A DNA stretch of 63,266 nt, filler included, from Rhabdomonas costata (GCA_019059605.1; 32 parts of 32 records of this genome joined end to end with filler, not necessarily neighbours in it), one strand, 5' to 3'. Counted from the first letter of the whole stretch, positions 1 to 11,141 are shown. The notes: generated by a model not told the origin, from the sequence alone. A program made the numbers and translations.

Positions 1-297
1 TGTTGGTGGGATACAGAGGCATTTGGCCATAATGCTTTTGCTTTTGCGTGGAGTCCAGATGTGTGCCTGTACGCCAACACGCCGTGGAGCTTCATCGCTC
101 GCGTGCTGGCGAAAACATGTAGGGATAAATCTCGGCTGATGCTGGTGACTCCAGAGTGGCCAGATGCACCGTGGTACTCGACGCTGAAGGAGCTGACGGT
201 GCGAAGCCAGCGTTGGAATGTAAGGTTGTACCTTTATTCCACAGGACGTTTGAGGTCAAAGCCCAGCTGGGCTACGCTCTTTTCTTATGTGGTGTGA
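1..297 (+). CDS. C-terminal Dam-like (N6-adenine) DNA methyltransferase domain of a retrotransposon polyprotein, 5'-truncated
   Basis: Frame is open from base 1: NAFAFAWSPDVCLYANTPWSFIARVLAKTCRDKSRLMLVTPEWPDAPWYSTL. This fits the DAF..W....YANPPW.LI.RVL.K....LV.P.WP..PW pattern of retroelement (DIRS-type) MT domains. The catalytic NPPW reads NTPW here. Confidence 0.8.
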   Translation, partial: CWWDTEAFGHNAFAFAWSPDVCLYANTPWSFIARVLAKTCRDKSRLMLVTPEWPDAPWYSTLKELTVRSQRWNVRLYLYSTGRLRSKPSWATLFSYVV

Positions 298-640
298 AGA
301 GAGGTGGAAGGAGTGTAGTCAGTTGGTTTCCACATAGGTGGGTTAGGTGGGTTTTCCACAAGTGGGTAAGTGGGGTAGACGGTGTGAAATAGTTTAGGTA
401 GTACGATCCATGGACTTTTATTTTTTGTCTTTGTTGCTGCATTCTTTGTTTCCTATTTTCAGGTGCAAGGCAAAATTTCCAGAGCGGAGTACCATTTCCA
501 GACTCCAGACTCAGGTGTTGGGTGGAAGGTGGTGGAGTTTCTCTAGCTGTTTGTGGTTTCACTAGATGGTTGTGATTTCTCCCATTTAGTTAGTTGTTAC
601 AGAGTTCCTGATTTCAGAGTCCAGTGTTCTTGGATCTACA
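296..640 (+). mobile_element. Polypurine tract (296-313) followed by a putative LTR (314 to about 640)
   Basis: GAAGAGAGGTGGAAGGAG starts at the ORF stop and is followed directly by TGTAG (314). The matching inverted end CTACA is at 636-640; an alternative TTACA end is at 601. Confidence 0.6.
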
Positions 641-758
641 CTTCCAGAGTTTCATCCCTACTTTCAGAGCTTTGTGTGTGTGTGCGTCTGGAGGGGGGTT
701 TCCAGAACGTTTGCGGGTTGTGACTGACTTCAGAGCTACTGTGCTTCCAGAGTTGGAG

Positions 759-1884
759 ATGTCCAAGACAACTAAGTCCCCTGCAGAGAAGCGTTACTGG
801 GCAGGTATGAACGCGTTTGTGGGGGTCAATCTACAGAATCGGTATGAGGCTTGCGTGCAGTGCTTTGATAAGTCTTCCACAGATTTGGAGAATGTGCGAA
901 AAGAGACTGCAGAGAGACTGAATAGCAGATGTTCGGGAGTGGTAGAAAGTACCACGAGGTGGATGAATGCAGTGCAGTGGATTTCAGATCGGTACAAGGA
1001 CAGGAAAGAGAATGCAGAGATCACAAATCTAGTTGGTATTCTGGAGCAGGGAAGAGTTGAGATGGCTAAGGCTATGCAGGAGTTGAAAGAGTGGATGATG
1101 GTTTCCCAGGGATCTCCACAGTTACCGACCCTGAGTACCATTCCACCAGTGTGGGAGGATCATGCCATAATGTCGTATGTAATGGAGGTGGTTGAACAGA
1201 TTGATGGATCGGTTCTGATTTCAGAACGGGAGAATGTCAAGGGGTTGCTTAATGAGGTTCTGAGGAGGAAGCTTGTTTCCAGAGTATTGTCCCAGCTTCC
1301 AGAGACGAGGCAGTGGGTGAAGTATGTCCCTTGAGCCCCGAAGCCCCCTCCACAGCCACCAGTTGCATATACGTTGTGTGAGATTTTGCGGCAGCTGAAA
1401 ATGGGTATGGGACGGTTGGTGGAACCTCCCAGCGGAGGTAATGCACAGCAATGGACGGGAACTACAATGACAGGTGTGGCCAGAGCCACGCCCTCGACTT
1501 CTACAGAGAGAGCAGTGCCAAAGGCGGCTCCAAAGACAGTTCCAAAGTTGAGGCCAGCGTTGGTACAGCATTCGGTTACGGAAACCAAGAGGGAGCGTAG
1601 CGAGGTCCCTGGCGCAGTCTACAAGCATACTTGGACAGGGACTAGTTCCATACCGGCGGCTAAGTTTCCCAAGCCTAAACCAAGCCAGACGACCCCGATT
1701 GAATGGATTTCCACAGGCAACAGACCGTCACCCACATCCACATATGCTGGAGCTGTTCAGAAAATTGGTGAGAAGACTCGGACTGTAGTGGTTTGCGACC
1801 CTGCAGAGGTAAGTTGGGGTTGGGGAAGTGGTGGAAAGGAATCGATGCAGACGGATGGACCATGGTGGGGAGCCACCAAACCCC
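759..1884 (+). pseudogene. Putative gag-like ORF of the same retroelement, with one in-frame TGA (1332-1334), 3'-truncated
   Basis: ORFs 624..1334 and 1374..1884 are in the same frame and separated only by one TGA. It is intronless, with a helical N-terminus then a Pro/Thr-rich region, and lies just downstream of the putative LTR. No diagnostic gag motif seen. Confidence 0.45.
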
Positions 1885-1984
1885 NNNNNNNNNNNNNNNN
1901 NNNNNNNNNNNNNNNNNNNNNNNNNNNNTTAATTAATTAANNNNNNNNNNNNNNNNNNNNNNNNNNNNNNNNNNNNNNNNNNNN
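1885..1984. other. Artificial contig linker N44-TTAATTAATTAA-N44 (first of 31)
   Basis: The same 100-nt spacer recurs about every 1.98 kb (next at 3867, 5850, 7832, 9815, 11797 ... last at 61288). It splits the window into 32 similar-length contigs. Confidence 0.99.
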
Positions 1985-2765
1985 GGTTTGTGTTAACATT
2001 CCAAGTCGCGGTGATAGCATGGGGTGGGTGCGGGACTTCTTGGGGGGGATGGAAGAGGAAGCGTTTCCTCACTTGGTTGCTGTTAGGCTGGCATCACCAC
2101 TGTGCTGAACGCCAGGTCTAATGCCCTTATGGATTGTTACACATTTCATTTTTCTTTCTTTGCTTGCTTCCAGTTTCCCGTTTCTTGAAATGCCGATTCT
2201 GCAGAGCCATCTCAAAATCTTGGTTTTTGTTTGACTTTGTGAAAGATGTGGAAATCATCAGATCGAAACGTCATCAAACTGTTTTTTGGACCTATTCGAA
2301 AGATGCGTGGCTTTGCTTTGAATCATATTTCATGTTCACAGAAGCTTTCCTTTCATTTGCGTTTCTCAGGCCACCTGAGAAATTTGGCTGTGTGGCTCTC
2401 TGAAATTTTTGTGACGCATCTTAATTTTTATGGCTGCCTGAAGTACAGAACATTAGCAAGGTTCGAGGAACGCCGGAAGAATACAGAATGTGGTTGCGTT
2501 CGAGCGTGGATAAGGCGGAATACAGGTTGGTAGCGGGATGTCTGTTGTGACGGGTGGTACAGGGCGTAAATTGGGGGGGGGGGCTTCCCTTCATGTGCTT
2601 CCCTTTTTGTCGCACAGTGCCAAGTGCCCACCCACACACCATGGTTTCTGGAAGATGCATGGTGGAGAATCCAATGGACATCTGCCGGACTATCTATCAC
2701 AGTCACGAAATCCGCTCGAGAATATTCCTGCGCTATCCCGCGCATTTATATTGCTCGTCTTACAG

Positions 2766-3855
2766 CCACCTCGCCGCGGGCTCTCGCCACCTCGCCCGCT
2801 CGGGCACCCGCGCCTGTGCCCGAAGAATTCCTGCGTGCCACTGTGCTCGTGGTGGATGACGTGCCGATGAATCGCCGTGTGCTGGTGCTGAAGCTGCAGC
2901 AGCTGGGCATCACGGCGGTGGTGGAGGCGGGCACCGGGCTGGAGGCCTTGGACGCTGTACAGCAGGCGACGGGGGTGTTCAGTGCGATTCTAATGGATGT
3001 ATGCCTCGCGGTTTCGGTGCGATTGTTTGTGGTGGAGATGCAGCCGGAATGAGAGGCCGATTGCTCAGGTTTTCTGGTTTCCTGTAATGAGCAAGAGGGC
3101 ATCTACCAGGCTAGCACGACAGTCACTTTCGCTGTGGGAGCGGGAACATTCTTGCTCCTTGCCAGTAGCAATGCTCGATCAAGAAGGCATCATAGGACGG
3201 TTCGAGCTGTTGGTTGCCATTGACAGCGACAGAGTCATGCAGATTTTTGCGTAAGCATAGAATTTCTTCTTTCATGCGAATAATTGTTGACGATCCAGAG
3301 CTGCCAAAAAGCGAAGTCAGTAGTAGACAGAACTCGACCTTGGGCCGGTGAAGGCCGAAGGCCTTTTTCATGGTTGGCCTGGTTGGCCCATGGAGGCGGC
3401 TTCAAACATCCTCTCTTATAGTCGATTTAGCTTTTGCGGATATTTACGGCCTCGCCTCTACGGCTTGGTTGGGTTTCCACATATGCCTCGGCCATAGTCA
3501 AGGGCAGATGTGAAGAGCTTGCAACATTCTCCGTTGCGGATTGGTTTATGTATCCCCACCTGATTTCTTCAGAAACTGAGTGAAGTGAGATCGAAATGCA
3601 GGGGGGGGGGGCATCTTTTTGGCTCAGGTGATGATGCCTCAGCTTGACGGCATGGAGGCCACACGGCAGATCCGCCTGGACCCGCGGTACTCCTCCGTGC
3701 TGATCGTGGGTATTACCGGGGACTGCGGGGCGAGCACCCTGCAGCAGTGCGTGGAGGCCGGGATGACCGCGGCGATCGGCAAGCCCATCGACACCCCCGT
3801 GCTGCACGGGCTGCTGCGCGCTCACTTGGCACCCAAGCCAGAAGCCAAAGATATA
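2766..3855 (+). CDS. Response-regulator receiver domain (hybrid histidine kinase-type C-terminus); exons 2766-2998 and 3628 to about 3855
   Basis: VLVVDDVPMNRRVL...EAGTGLEAL...ILMD|VMMPQLDGMEATRQIR...IVGITG...CVEAGMTAAIGKP. A GT-AG intron (2999-3627) joins in frame right after the phospho-Asp. Confidence 0.93.
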
Positions 3856-5429
3856 GCCCACACACANNNNNNNNNNNNNNNNNNNNNNNNNNNNNNNNNN
3901 NNNNNNNNNNTTAATTAATTAANNNNNNNNNNNNNNNNNNNNNNNNNNNNNNNNNNNNNNNNNNNNGGCGTGGTTGGTCGCCGCGTTGGGCTTCCCAGGG
4001 AGGCCCAGCTGCTGAGGAGCGTGCGGGAGGTCTTGGGCCAACGCTCTGGAGGCCTCAGCGAGGAGGCCGAGTTCCCTTCCGCCGTGGCGCGGGCCCTGCA
4101 GGTGGCCTCTGTGGCCCTGCGCCGGATGGTGGGCCCCAGTGCGGACCTCAGCTCGGCTCAGTTTGTGGTCCGTGTGCCACTCGCTGGCGTCTGCACATGC
4201 TCCTGAGATTTTGGGTTCATTGCAGTCTCTACGGAGCAAAGGGGTGCTCTATATCACCCAAAATGATGTGAGTCATATGCCAATGATGTTTTTAAAATTG
4301 AAAGATTGAGGACGGTGAACATTACGTGGATGGGATCTTAGTGGTGTGAACCTATCATGGCTGCCGCCCAAGTTTCCCGTTTTTCATCGAGCGGAAAGAA
4401 TAGAGCAAAGAGCTTGCGAGTTTGAACACAAAACCTTGACACTGTGGAGAAGACGTAAAGTAAAAGTGAGAACTCAGGACCCGGATTGCGCGAGATTTGG
4501 ACCAGAAGTGGGACTACTGTAGCGCTGTGAAGGTCATGTTTTATGCGATGTTTGCATTGGACGCAGCAGAGTGTGGGTCTCTGTTTGAGGGACCGATAAT
4601 ACTGAGGTTCATGACTGAAGATGAAGAGCGAAAAGAGGGAAGAGGGCATCGTGTGTGTGTGTGAAAGAAACCCAGGACAGGAGTCACTGGGGTTTCACCC
4701 AAAACAAGCGCGGAGGCCAGGCACGATCGTGTAGGCGATGGCCGTAGAGTGTGTCATAAAGAGAGAAGAAGCACAAGAGTGAGGCCGTGAGGAGGGACTG
4801 GTCGTCAGAGAACAGTTGGTTCTCTTCCTCCAAATCAGGGTCTGGTGTCACGGCCTAGATCACGTATGTGTGCCAAGAGAGAGAGAAGTCATGTATGTGT
4901 GGCTATAGAATGATGGAGCAGTCCAGAAGAGAAAAAGAGAGGCAATGTCATGAGAGAGATGGAAGCGAAGGATGCAAGCGAGGAAGAGTGCAGCGAGGGA
5001 AGGCGTGGATTCCAGAGATGATGAGACCAAGAGAAGACAGCGGATGAGATCAAGAGGTGCGGGGAGGGCAGCGGAGCATTCCATCGAGCAAGGTTCGAGA
5101 AGAGAGTTTTGTACGAGTTCGTTTTCAGCAGGATTCGAAGGAGAACGACGGCAGGCCAGCGATACAAAGAAGCCTATAAAGAACAAGGCCGCCGGCAGTC
5201 AAGGAGATCAAGCAAAAGAGAGATGAGGAGCGAGGAAGGAAAACCGTACCGACGAAAAAGGAGTGAGCTCCAGGATCCAAGAGGTTGCCCCTTTTTCTTA
5301 TATCACAGAAGTGCAAATGGATTGGTTTGTGTTGGTTTTTGTGCCAATCTGTGTGGACGTTTGGGGCGGGATTGTGGTTGTTCCGCCGCTCACTTCGGAA
5401 GCCAAAGAGGAAGGAGGTTAGATGACATT

Positions 5430-5849
5430 TTGGAGGTAGAGTAGCATTGGAATGGCTACTGGCACGCAGGCTGCCCATTTCACCCCAAGTCACCCCTCAG
5501 AGTTTGGTGAAGCGAGGCGGTGAGGCAGAAGATCCCCCCACCACGACGAATTAGTCCCAGCAAGCGGCGGAGTCCGCAAGAGAAGAGCAAAGGTGCGCGA
5601 GCAAGCTTATTAAGGGGAAGGCGGTTTGGTCCCATTCCTGGTGTATCGGGTCGAAGCAAAGGCGGTCAAGTCCCAGGTGTTCCACATCCAGAGACAGAGA
5701 AGAAATGTCACATGCGTGAGATACAGACATTTTCCAGAGGTTTCCAGAGTGCCCTTTTGTCAAGGGTCAGCTGAGACAGAAGTCGAAGCTCAGCCCCTCG
5801 TGAGCCAGCTCCTGGCCAGGCCATGGGTCAGGCTATATATCAACCAGCT
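5430..5849 (-). mobile_element. Degenerate DIRS-like reverse transcriptase remnant
   Basis: Frameshifted pieces WLIYSLT..AR, LRLLSQL, KGTLE(T)S and DVEHLGL resemble the DIRS RT segment DDWLI...LL..LG...KS.LEP.Q..EHLG. Many stops. Confidence 0.35.
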
Positions 5850-6311
5850 NNNNNNNNNNNNNNNNNNNNNNNNNNNNNNNNNNNNNNNNNNNNTTAATTA
5901 ATTAANNNNNNNNNNNNNNNNNNNNNNNNNNNNNNNNNNNNNNNNNNNNTTGGTTTTGGGCACAACGGTGCTCGGATCTTTTGAAGCAATTGATGCAAGG
6001 ATGCAAGGTGGAATGAAGATCGATATTCTATATGAATCACTTGTGCGTTTTTTAGGGGTGGTTGTGCAAACGCAAAGACGGCCTTCTTTTCTGCGAGTTC
6101 ATCGGCTCGTGCGGGCTACTCTTGTGTGCGGCCTTCGATCACCCGTTATTCATGGATGGTGAAGTATCCGATGAAGCGGTACTTTGGGGAATGGCATCGT
6201 GTGCCTCTCCATGAGTAATTTGGTGAAGGGGTAGGAAGCGAACGTACGTCCCGTCATTTTTTTTGTGCCTTTTCCTTGCTTGCTTGAACCCCTCCCCCTC
6301 AAGGTAAGGCA

Positions 6312-6957
6312 GGCCCGGACGAGCTTCCCGCCACGAAGGACGAGCCCTCGAAGCACGCCAGGGTGAAGTCCAAATGGACTCGCAGCCTCCTGGAGTACAT
6401 GGACGCAGAGGAGAAAAAGGCTGAAGCCCACAAAGAGGTTATCACAGCTCTCTTGGCGATGACCTTGGGGGATTTTCCACGCGACTCTAAGTAAATGTGA
6501 GTGTAGTTGTGACACCCAACATAACATCAGTTCGCGGCCTTCTGAAAGAATGAGATGAATCGTTGCCAGTTTTTTCCGTTGCTTTTGTCGAAAGCTGAAA
6601 CAGGTCAGGTCTCAGGGCTTCTTGCTATTTTGTGTTGTGCCCGATTTGATGCTAAATTCATGGATTTCTCGTGAAAAGACTCTCTCTTTGCACGTACTTG
6701 CCGACTTCGTTCCTTACATGAGCGTGGGGTACCCCCTAACAATAAAATATCGTGTTTGTGGACGGTCCCGATGAATAGGAGTCACGAATCAGAAATTTGC
6801 GGTGTCCCTTCGCAGCAACTTGAGTACGAAGCTCGATTACGGAGGGAGGCACGACAGCAACTGCGGCTGCGGGCTCGCGAGCTGCAAGTCCCGCGGGTGC
6901 GGCCTCCTGCTGACCTCCCAGAGCTAGCCCCTTCCGCAACCGCTTCCCCTGTCACAG
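6312..6957 (+). CDS. Hypothetical coiled-coil protein, two exons (about 6312-6437 and 6816-6957)
   Basis: Two GC-rich AG/GT-bounded segments join in phase 0: ...LLEYMDAEEKKAEAHKE|QLEYEARLRREARQQLRLRARELQ. Confidence 0.45.
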
Positions 6958-8000
6958 GTAGTTTTTGCATATTCATCTCTGTCTAGGGCCTGTTTTGGGA
7001 CGGCGCGTAAAAGTCAACTTCCAAACCATCAGCATGTTCGGGTTTCGTCATGTTCTGCAATTGCAACCAGGTTAATGTAACGCCGTCCCAGTCGATAGCA
7101 GGCATTCCCCTGGCAACAAAGCCGTATTTTTGATGGGAGGGGTTATCTTCCTCTGTCTGACGACAAGTGAAATGATGGTGAGTGATGTGAAGTATGTGCC
7201 CCCAACACCTTGTTTTCTTTTTGTTTCCCGGAATTGTTCCCGGTTTTATTCATTCAAGAATTTGCGCCAGTGGAGCGCGGCCTTGTGTTGTTGGCGTGGT
7301 TGCAGGCACGGATGGCGCCGGGCACCCTTTGGGCAACGGCAGGTCCCCGTCCCCGTTGCCAACTGTCCGAACAGCGAGGTGCGATTCTGATGTTCTGTAT
7401 AATTGGTTAGACGAAATTGACAGCTTTCTGATTTCCCTGGATTACTTACTTGTTTTTTGCACACTTGTGGTCGGACGTTCCTGAACCAACGTCTCTGTTA
7501 CGGGCAGTGTGCTCCACTGGTTTATCACAATGCTGACAATGCCAACAGTGCCAATTCCGATGCAGCACTGAGTTTGGCTGGGGAGTGGGGTAGGTTGTTG
7601 GAAGAGTTGCAGGTTCCCGAGTGGCATGTCGCGCAGCTCAAAAAAACGAGCGTGCACAGAATTTTTTTTGCTCCGATCAGGGGGACCACTGGTGTGGTGG
7701 CAGACCCAACCGCCGGGTCCCGCACTTACCGCAGCTCTCCTGCAGGAGCTGTGGAGGGGGCGGCGCCCCCCCACACCCCGCGGCAGCCTTCTCTTAGCAT
7801 GGGAGGCGGGGCCAGAGCGCCCCCACCCCCCNNNNNNNNNNNNNNNNNNNNNNNNNNNNNNNNNNNNNNNNNNNNTTAATTAATTAANNNNNNNNNNNNN
7901 NNNNNNNNNNNNNNNNNNNNNNNNNNNNNNNGTGTGGTGTGTCTTTTCTTGTCGCTCCCCCCTTGCTTTCCTTCTTCCTCTACCACGACACGAAACTAGT

Positions 8001-9799
8001 CTACTGCAGGAAGCGCCTGGGTCTCGTACACTTTCCCTTTTCGCCACACTTTACAATCCTTCGCTTCCAGTCGACTTGCGGCTGAACCCGCGTTAAGAAC
8101 TGGTAGCCCAATACAACCGGAATGGACGTATTAATCACTCGTAAGTACAACTTCACAGTCATTTGTTCCAGGCTCCCTGTCACACGAACAAAGTGAGTAA
8201 CAGGCAACCCCTCTCCATTCGCTTCTCTCACTGTCAGCCTCTGCCGCAGTGGGTAGGTATGCAAAGGCAACTGATGGACCACGTCCTGACTAATGAAAGA
8301 GTCAGACGCACCGGAGTCCACCAACGCTCTCACATGCCTCATCCAAATCACAAGAGGTAAGAACAACAAAGGCTGCGGGCGGTGGGTCTGGGAGATTTTC
8401 CAAAAAACCGTCCACCACTTGCTCGGTTTTATGGAAAGGAAATACCGTACAAACAACGGCACCCAACCACTCACTTTCACATCTCGAATGATCACAGGTT
8501 GGGTTCTCTCACCACGCTGAAAATCTTCTTCATCAACTTCCAAAGGATCCGCTGGTTCAATGTCCCCAACAGCACTCCATTCGCACTCCACGGGCTCACT
8601 AAACCGCACTTCCCTCTGGCTCGTACTGTTGCTGGCTGAAACTACTGATTTCCTAGCCAGCTTGGCCTTCTAAACGAAAGCAACTGACAACAATGGATTC
8701 TTATCTCGATTCTCGTCTTGGAATACTGGCACTTGAGGCTTCTCCGCTTCAAAGAAGGTCTTCCGCAATCTTGCATGCGCTGCGACAACTCCGAACGCGC
8801 TTTTGACGGAACTGAATTCCCAAAAGTACCCTCAGCTGAAGAGGTACTCGCGAGCTCAGACTGCTTCTTGCCTGTCGCCTTGTGATCGGTTGGTAGAGCA
8901 CTCAGAAACGGGCCCGTGACCGGAAATAGAACGGCAACCTCTGCCTCACCCGCTGATGCGGCCGTCACGTACCGACCCAGCTCTTCGGACAACCTCTGGA
9001 GCAATCCTTACCGCTTCAACGCTCCTCGTTGCTGTCACACCTTGCAACAAAACCGGATGAACTACCTGCATTTGCAACGACGTTTACTGGTCCTCCAACT
9101 GCTCCTTTACACCAACGTCGCTGGAATTCCTGCGGCTTCCCTGTGGCACCGCTCTCTGCAATTCGCTACCTCCTGCAACACTTTGTGCAACCATCCCCAG
9201 ATTGCTTAAACTGCATCTTCTCAACATTCTGGGAATTCCAGCCTTCTGCTGACTCGTGGGCACATTGGATGGGGTGGGAGAGGCCCAGCCTCCAAACCTC
9301 TCTATTTTGGGCTCTCTGATCTTTTCGCAAACGTGGTTCCACCTTGGACAACTCCTGCTCTTCCAGACAACTCGGTATTTGCGAGCTCACAGTCTCCGTA
9401 GACGTGAGCACCACTCCCACAGTAGAAACATACGCTCGCTGGATGCTCTGGTGGCTTTGCCTCTTCTAAGCCTGATCGTGCAAACGTGATCTTTGCTGGC
9501 TGCTCCAGCATGCTAGCTGCCATACGTGGCTTCTCTGGTGATCCTCCACTCTGCACTAACAGTGGCGTGGGAATTCTCGGCCTGCCACCTCTCCCTGGAG
9601 AAGGAGACATCGCGTAACCAAAACATCTGCCACGTCCACCAAAGTTTCTGCCGCCTCCGCAACTTCCATCGCCTCTTCCTTGGAAGGACCTCCGATCTGG
9701 CGAAGGTGTCCTCGCGGCGTTCATATGCGACCGCGGTGGGGCAGTAAACATCACACTCCTCGCTGGAACTGTTTCTTCCAGAGTTGGTCCTGACGACAT
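8001..9799 (-). mobile_element. Ty3/gypsy LTR retrotransposon gag-protease fragment, degenerate
   Basis: CCHC zinc knuckle CFYCGSGAHVYGDC (about 9385-9430) and retropepsin VRALVDSGASDSFIS...VVLGYQFL...PQVDWK (about 8060-8375). Several stops and a frame change lie between them. Confidence 0.9.
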
Positions 9800-9924
9800 A
9801 GCTGAAAAAACACANNNNNNNNNNNNNNNNNNNNNNNNNNNNNNNNNNNNNNNNNNNNTTAATTAATTAANNNNNNNNNNNNNNNNNNNNNNNNNNNNNN
9901 NNNNNNNNNNNNNNGGGGGGGGAG

Positions 9925-11141
9925 GGGCGGCGGCCATGCCGAGATCTTCGCCCTCCAGCCCACTATCCTCCACGAACTCGCTGAGGGTGACCGGATTGCC
10001 GTCCTCCCCGATCTCCACAATGTCATCGCCGTGCAGCCGGACCTGTGCACACAAAAAACGTAACGTTTGCGATCGCCTGCGCGGAAAGGACAGGTTTCTG
10101 TGCACTTTAGCAAAAAAAAACAACAACAAGGGTAGATCTGTGCAAGCCCATCAAAATAAGAACGAACATGGCAAAAAAAGCCTCCCGGTTGTTCGGAAAT
10201 GCAACAACTCACTTCCTATACCATTTTTTCTTCATGCTCCTTTGTATCTCAAATTAATTTCAGCCATAAAGTTGGGGCACCCGGGTTTTTCGTACAAATT
10301 CAAATTGGAAGGGCTAAGCGGAGGGTTGAGTCGGGGTAAGCGGTGGTATGCCGGGCGTACAATAGCTAGCCATAAATCACGTCACCACCTAAAAGCATTG
10401 CAACTGTTTAGCTTAAAAGAAAGAACGCCTCTCGGAATATAAAAGGATAAAACAGAGAAATGGAGAGAGAGAGAGAAAGTTAGGGGATAAATGACGACCT
10501 TCTCCGCGTAGAACTCCGCCAGAGACTTCGCTGGAATACCAGCCGCCATATGAACATGAACGTCCACCTGAAGAGACACCCCGCCTCCAACGGTACACCA
10601 GTTACATAATTCCCAAAGTGAGCCGGGGCCTGGCAGATAAAACAGAGAACTTGCCACAGATTGCAGGCCGCAGAAATGAGTTTTCAGGGAGAATATGCGC
10701 GCTTAGGGCGACTGAGGAGCCAGAGCGAGATTTCAGACTTCAGATTACAGCCGATTACAGAGCACGCAAACACACACTACGTGTACAAGGCATGGTGTTG
10801 GTGGGGATCTTTTTCTGCCCCCACTGGGACTTTAAATGCTTCTCGGGTACGGAACACCGGTTCCAGGAAGCTCTAACCCTCTGCACTCCCCCAATGTGCT
10901 GAAAGCTCGGTGACCTCTCTTCCGCCTGGGATCCTCAGGTCATGTCCTCATGCGGAAACACGCAAACACACACACACACACATCACACAAACTGTTGTGG
11001 GGGAAAGTTGGGGCAGTGCCAAACGGAAGGAGGCGGGGATGCCTTGTAGGTCTGGTAGAAGTCGCGGTGGTCTTCCGTCTCGCAGTACTCCTCCAGAGTG
11101 GAGTTCAGCCCCTTGTGCATTCCGAATTTGTGCTCCAAAAC
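9925..11141 (-). CDS. AMPD: AMP deaminase, internal exons 11141-11043, 10567-10499 and 10042 to about 9925
   Basis: Spliced product VLEHKFGMHKGLN...DHRDFYQTYK|VDVHVHMAAGIPAKSLAEFYAEK|VRLHGDDIVEIGEDGNPVTLSEF matches AMPD LE.KF.LH..LN...HRDFY...KVD.H.H...M..K.LL.FI..K....D.V.....TL.E. First intron GC-AG, second GT-AG. Confidence 0.92.

Noticed and set aside
4475-4510. LLVQISRNPGP resembling a 2A peptide (minus strand)
   Set aside because: Lacks D(V/I)E and has no recognisable downstream domain; probably chance.
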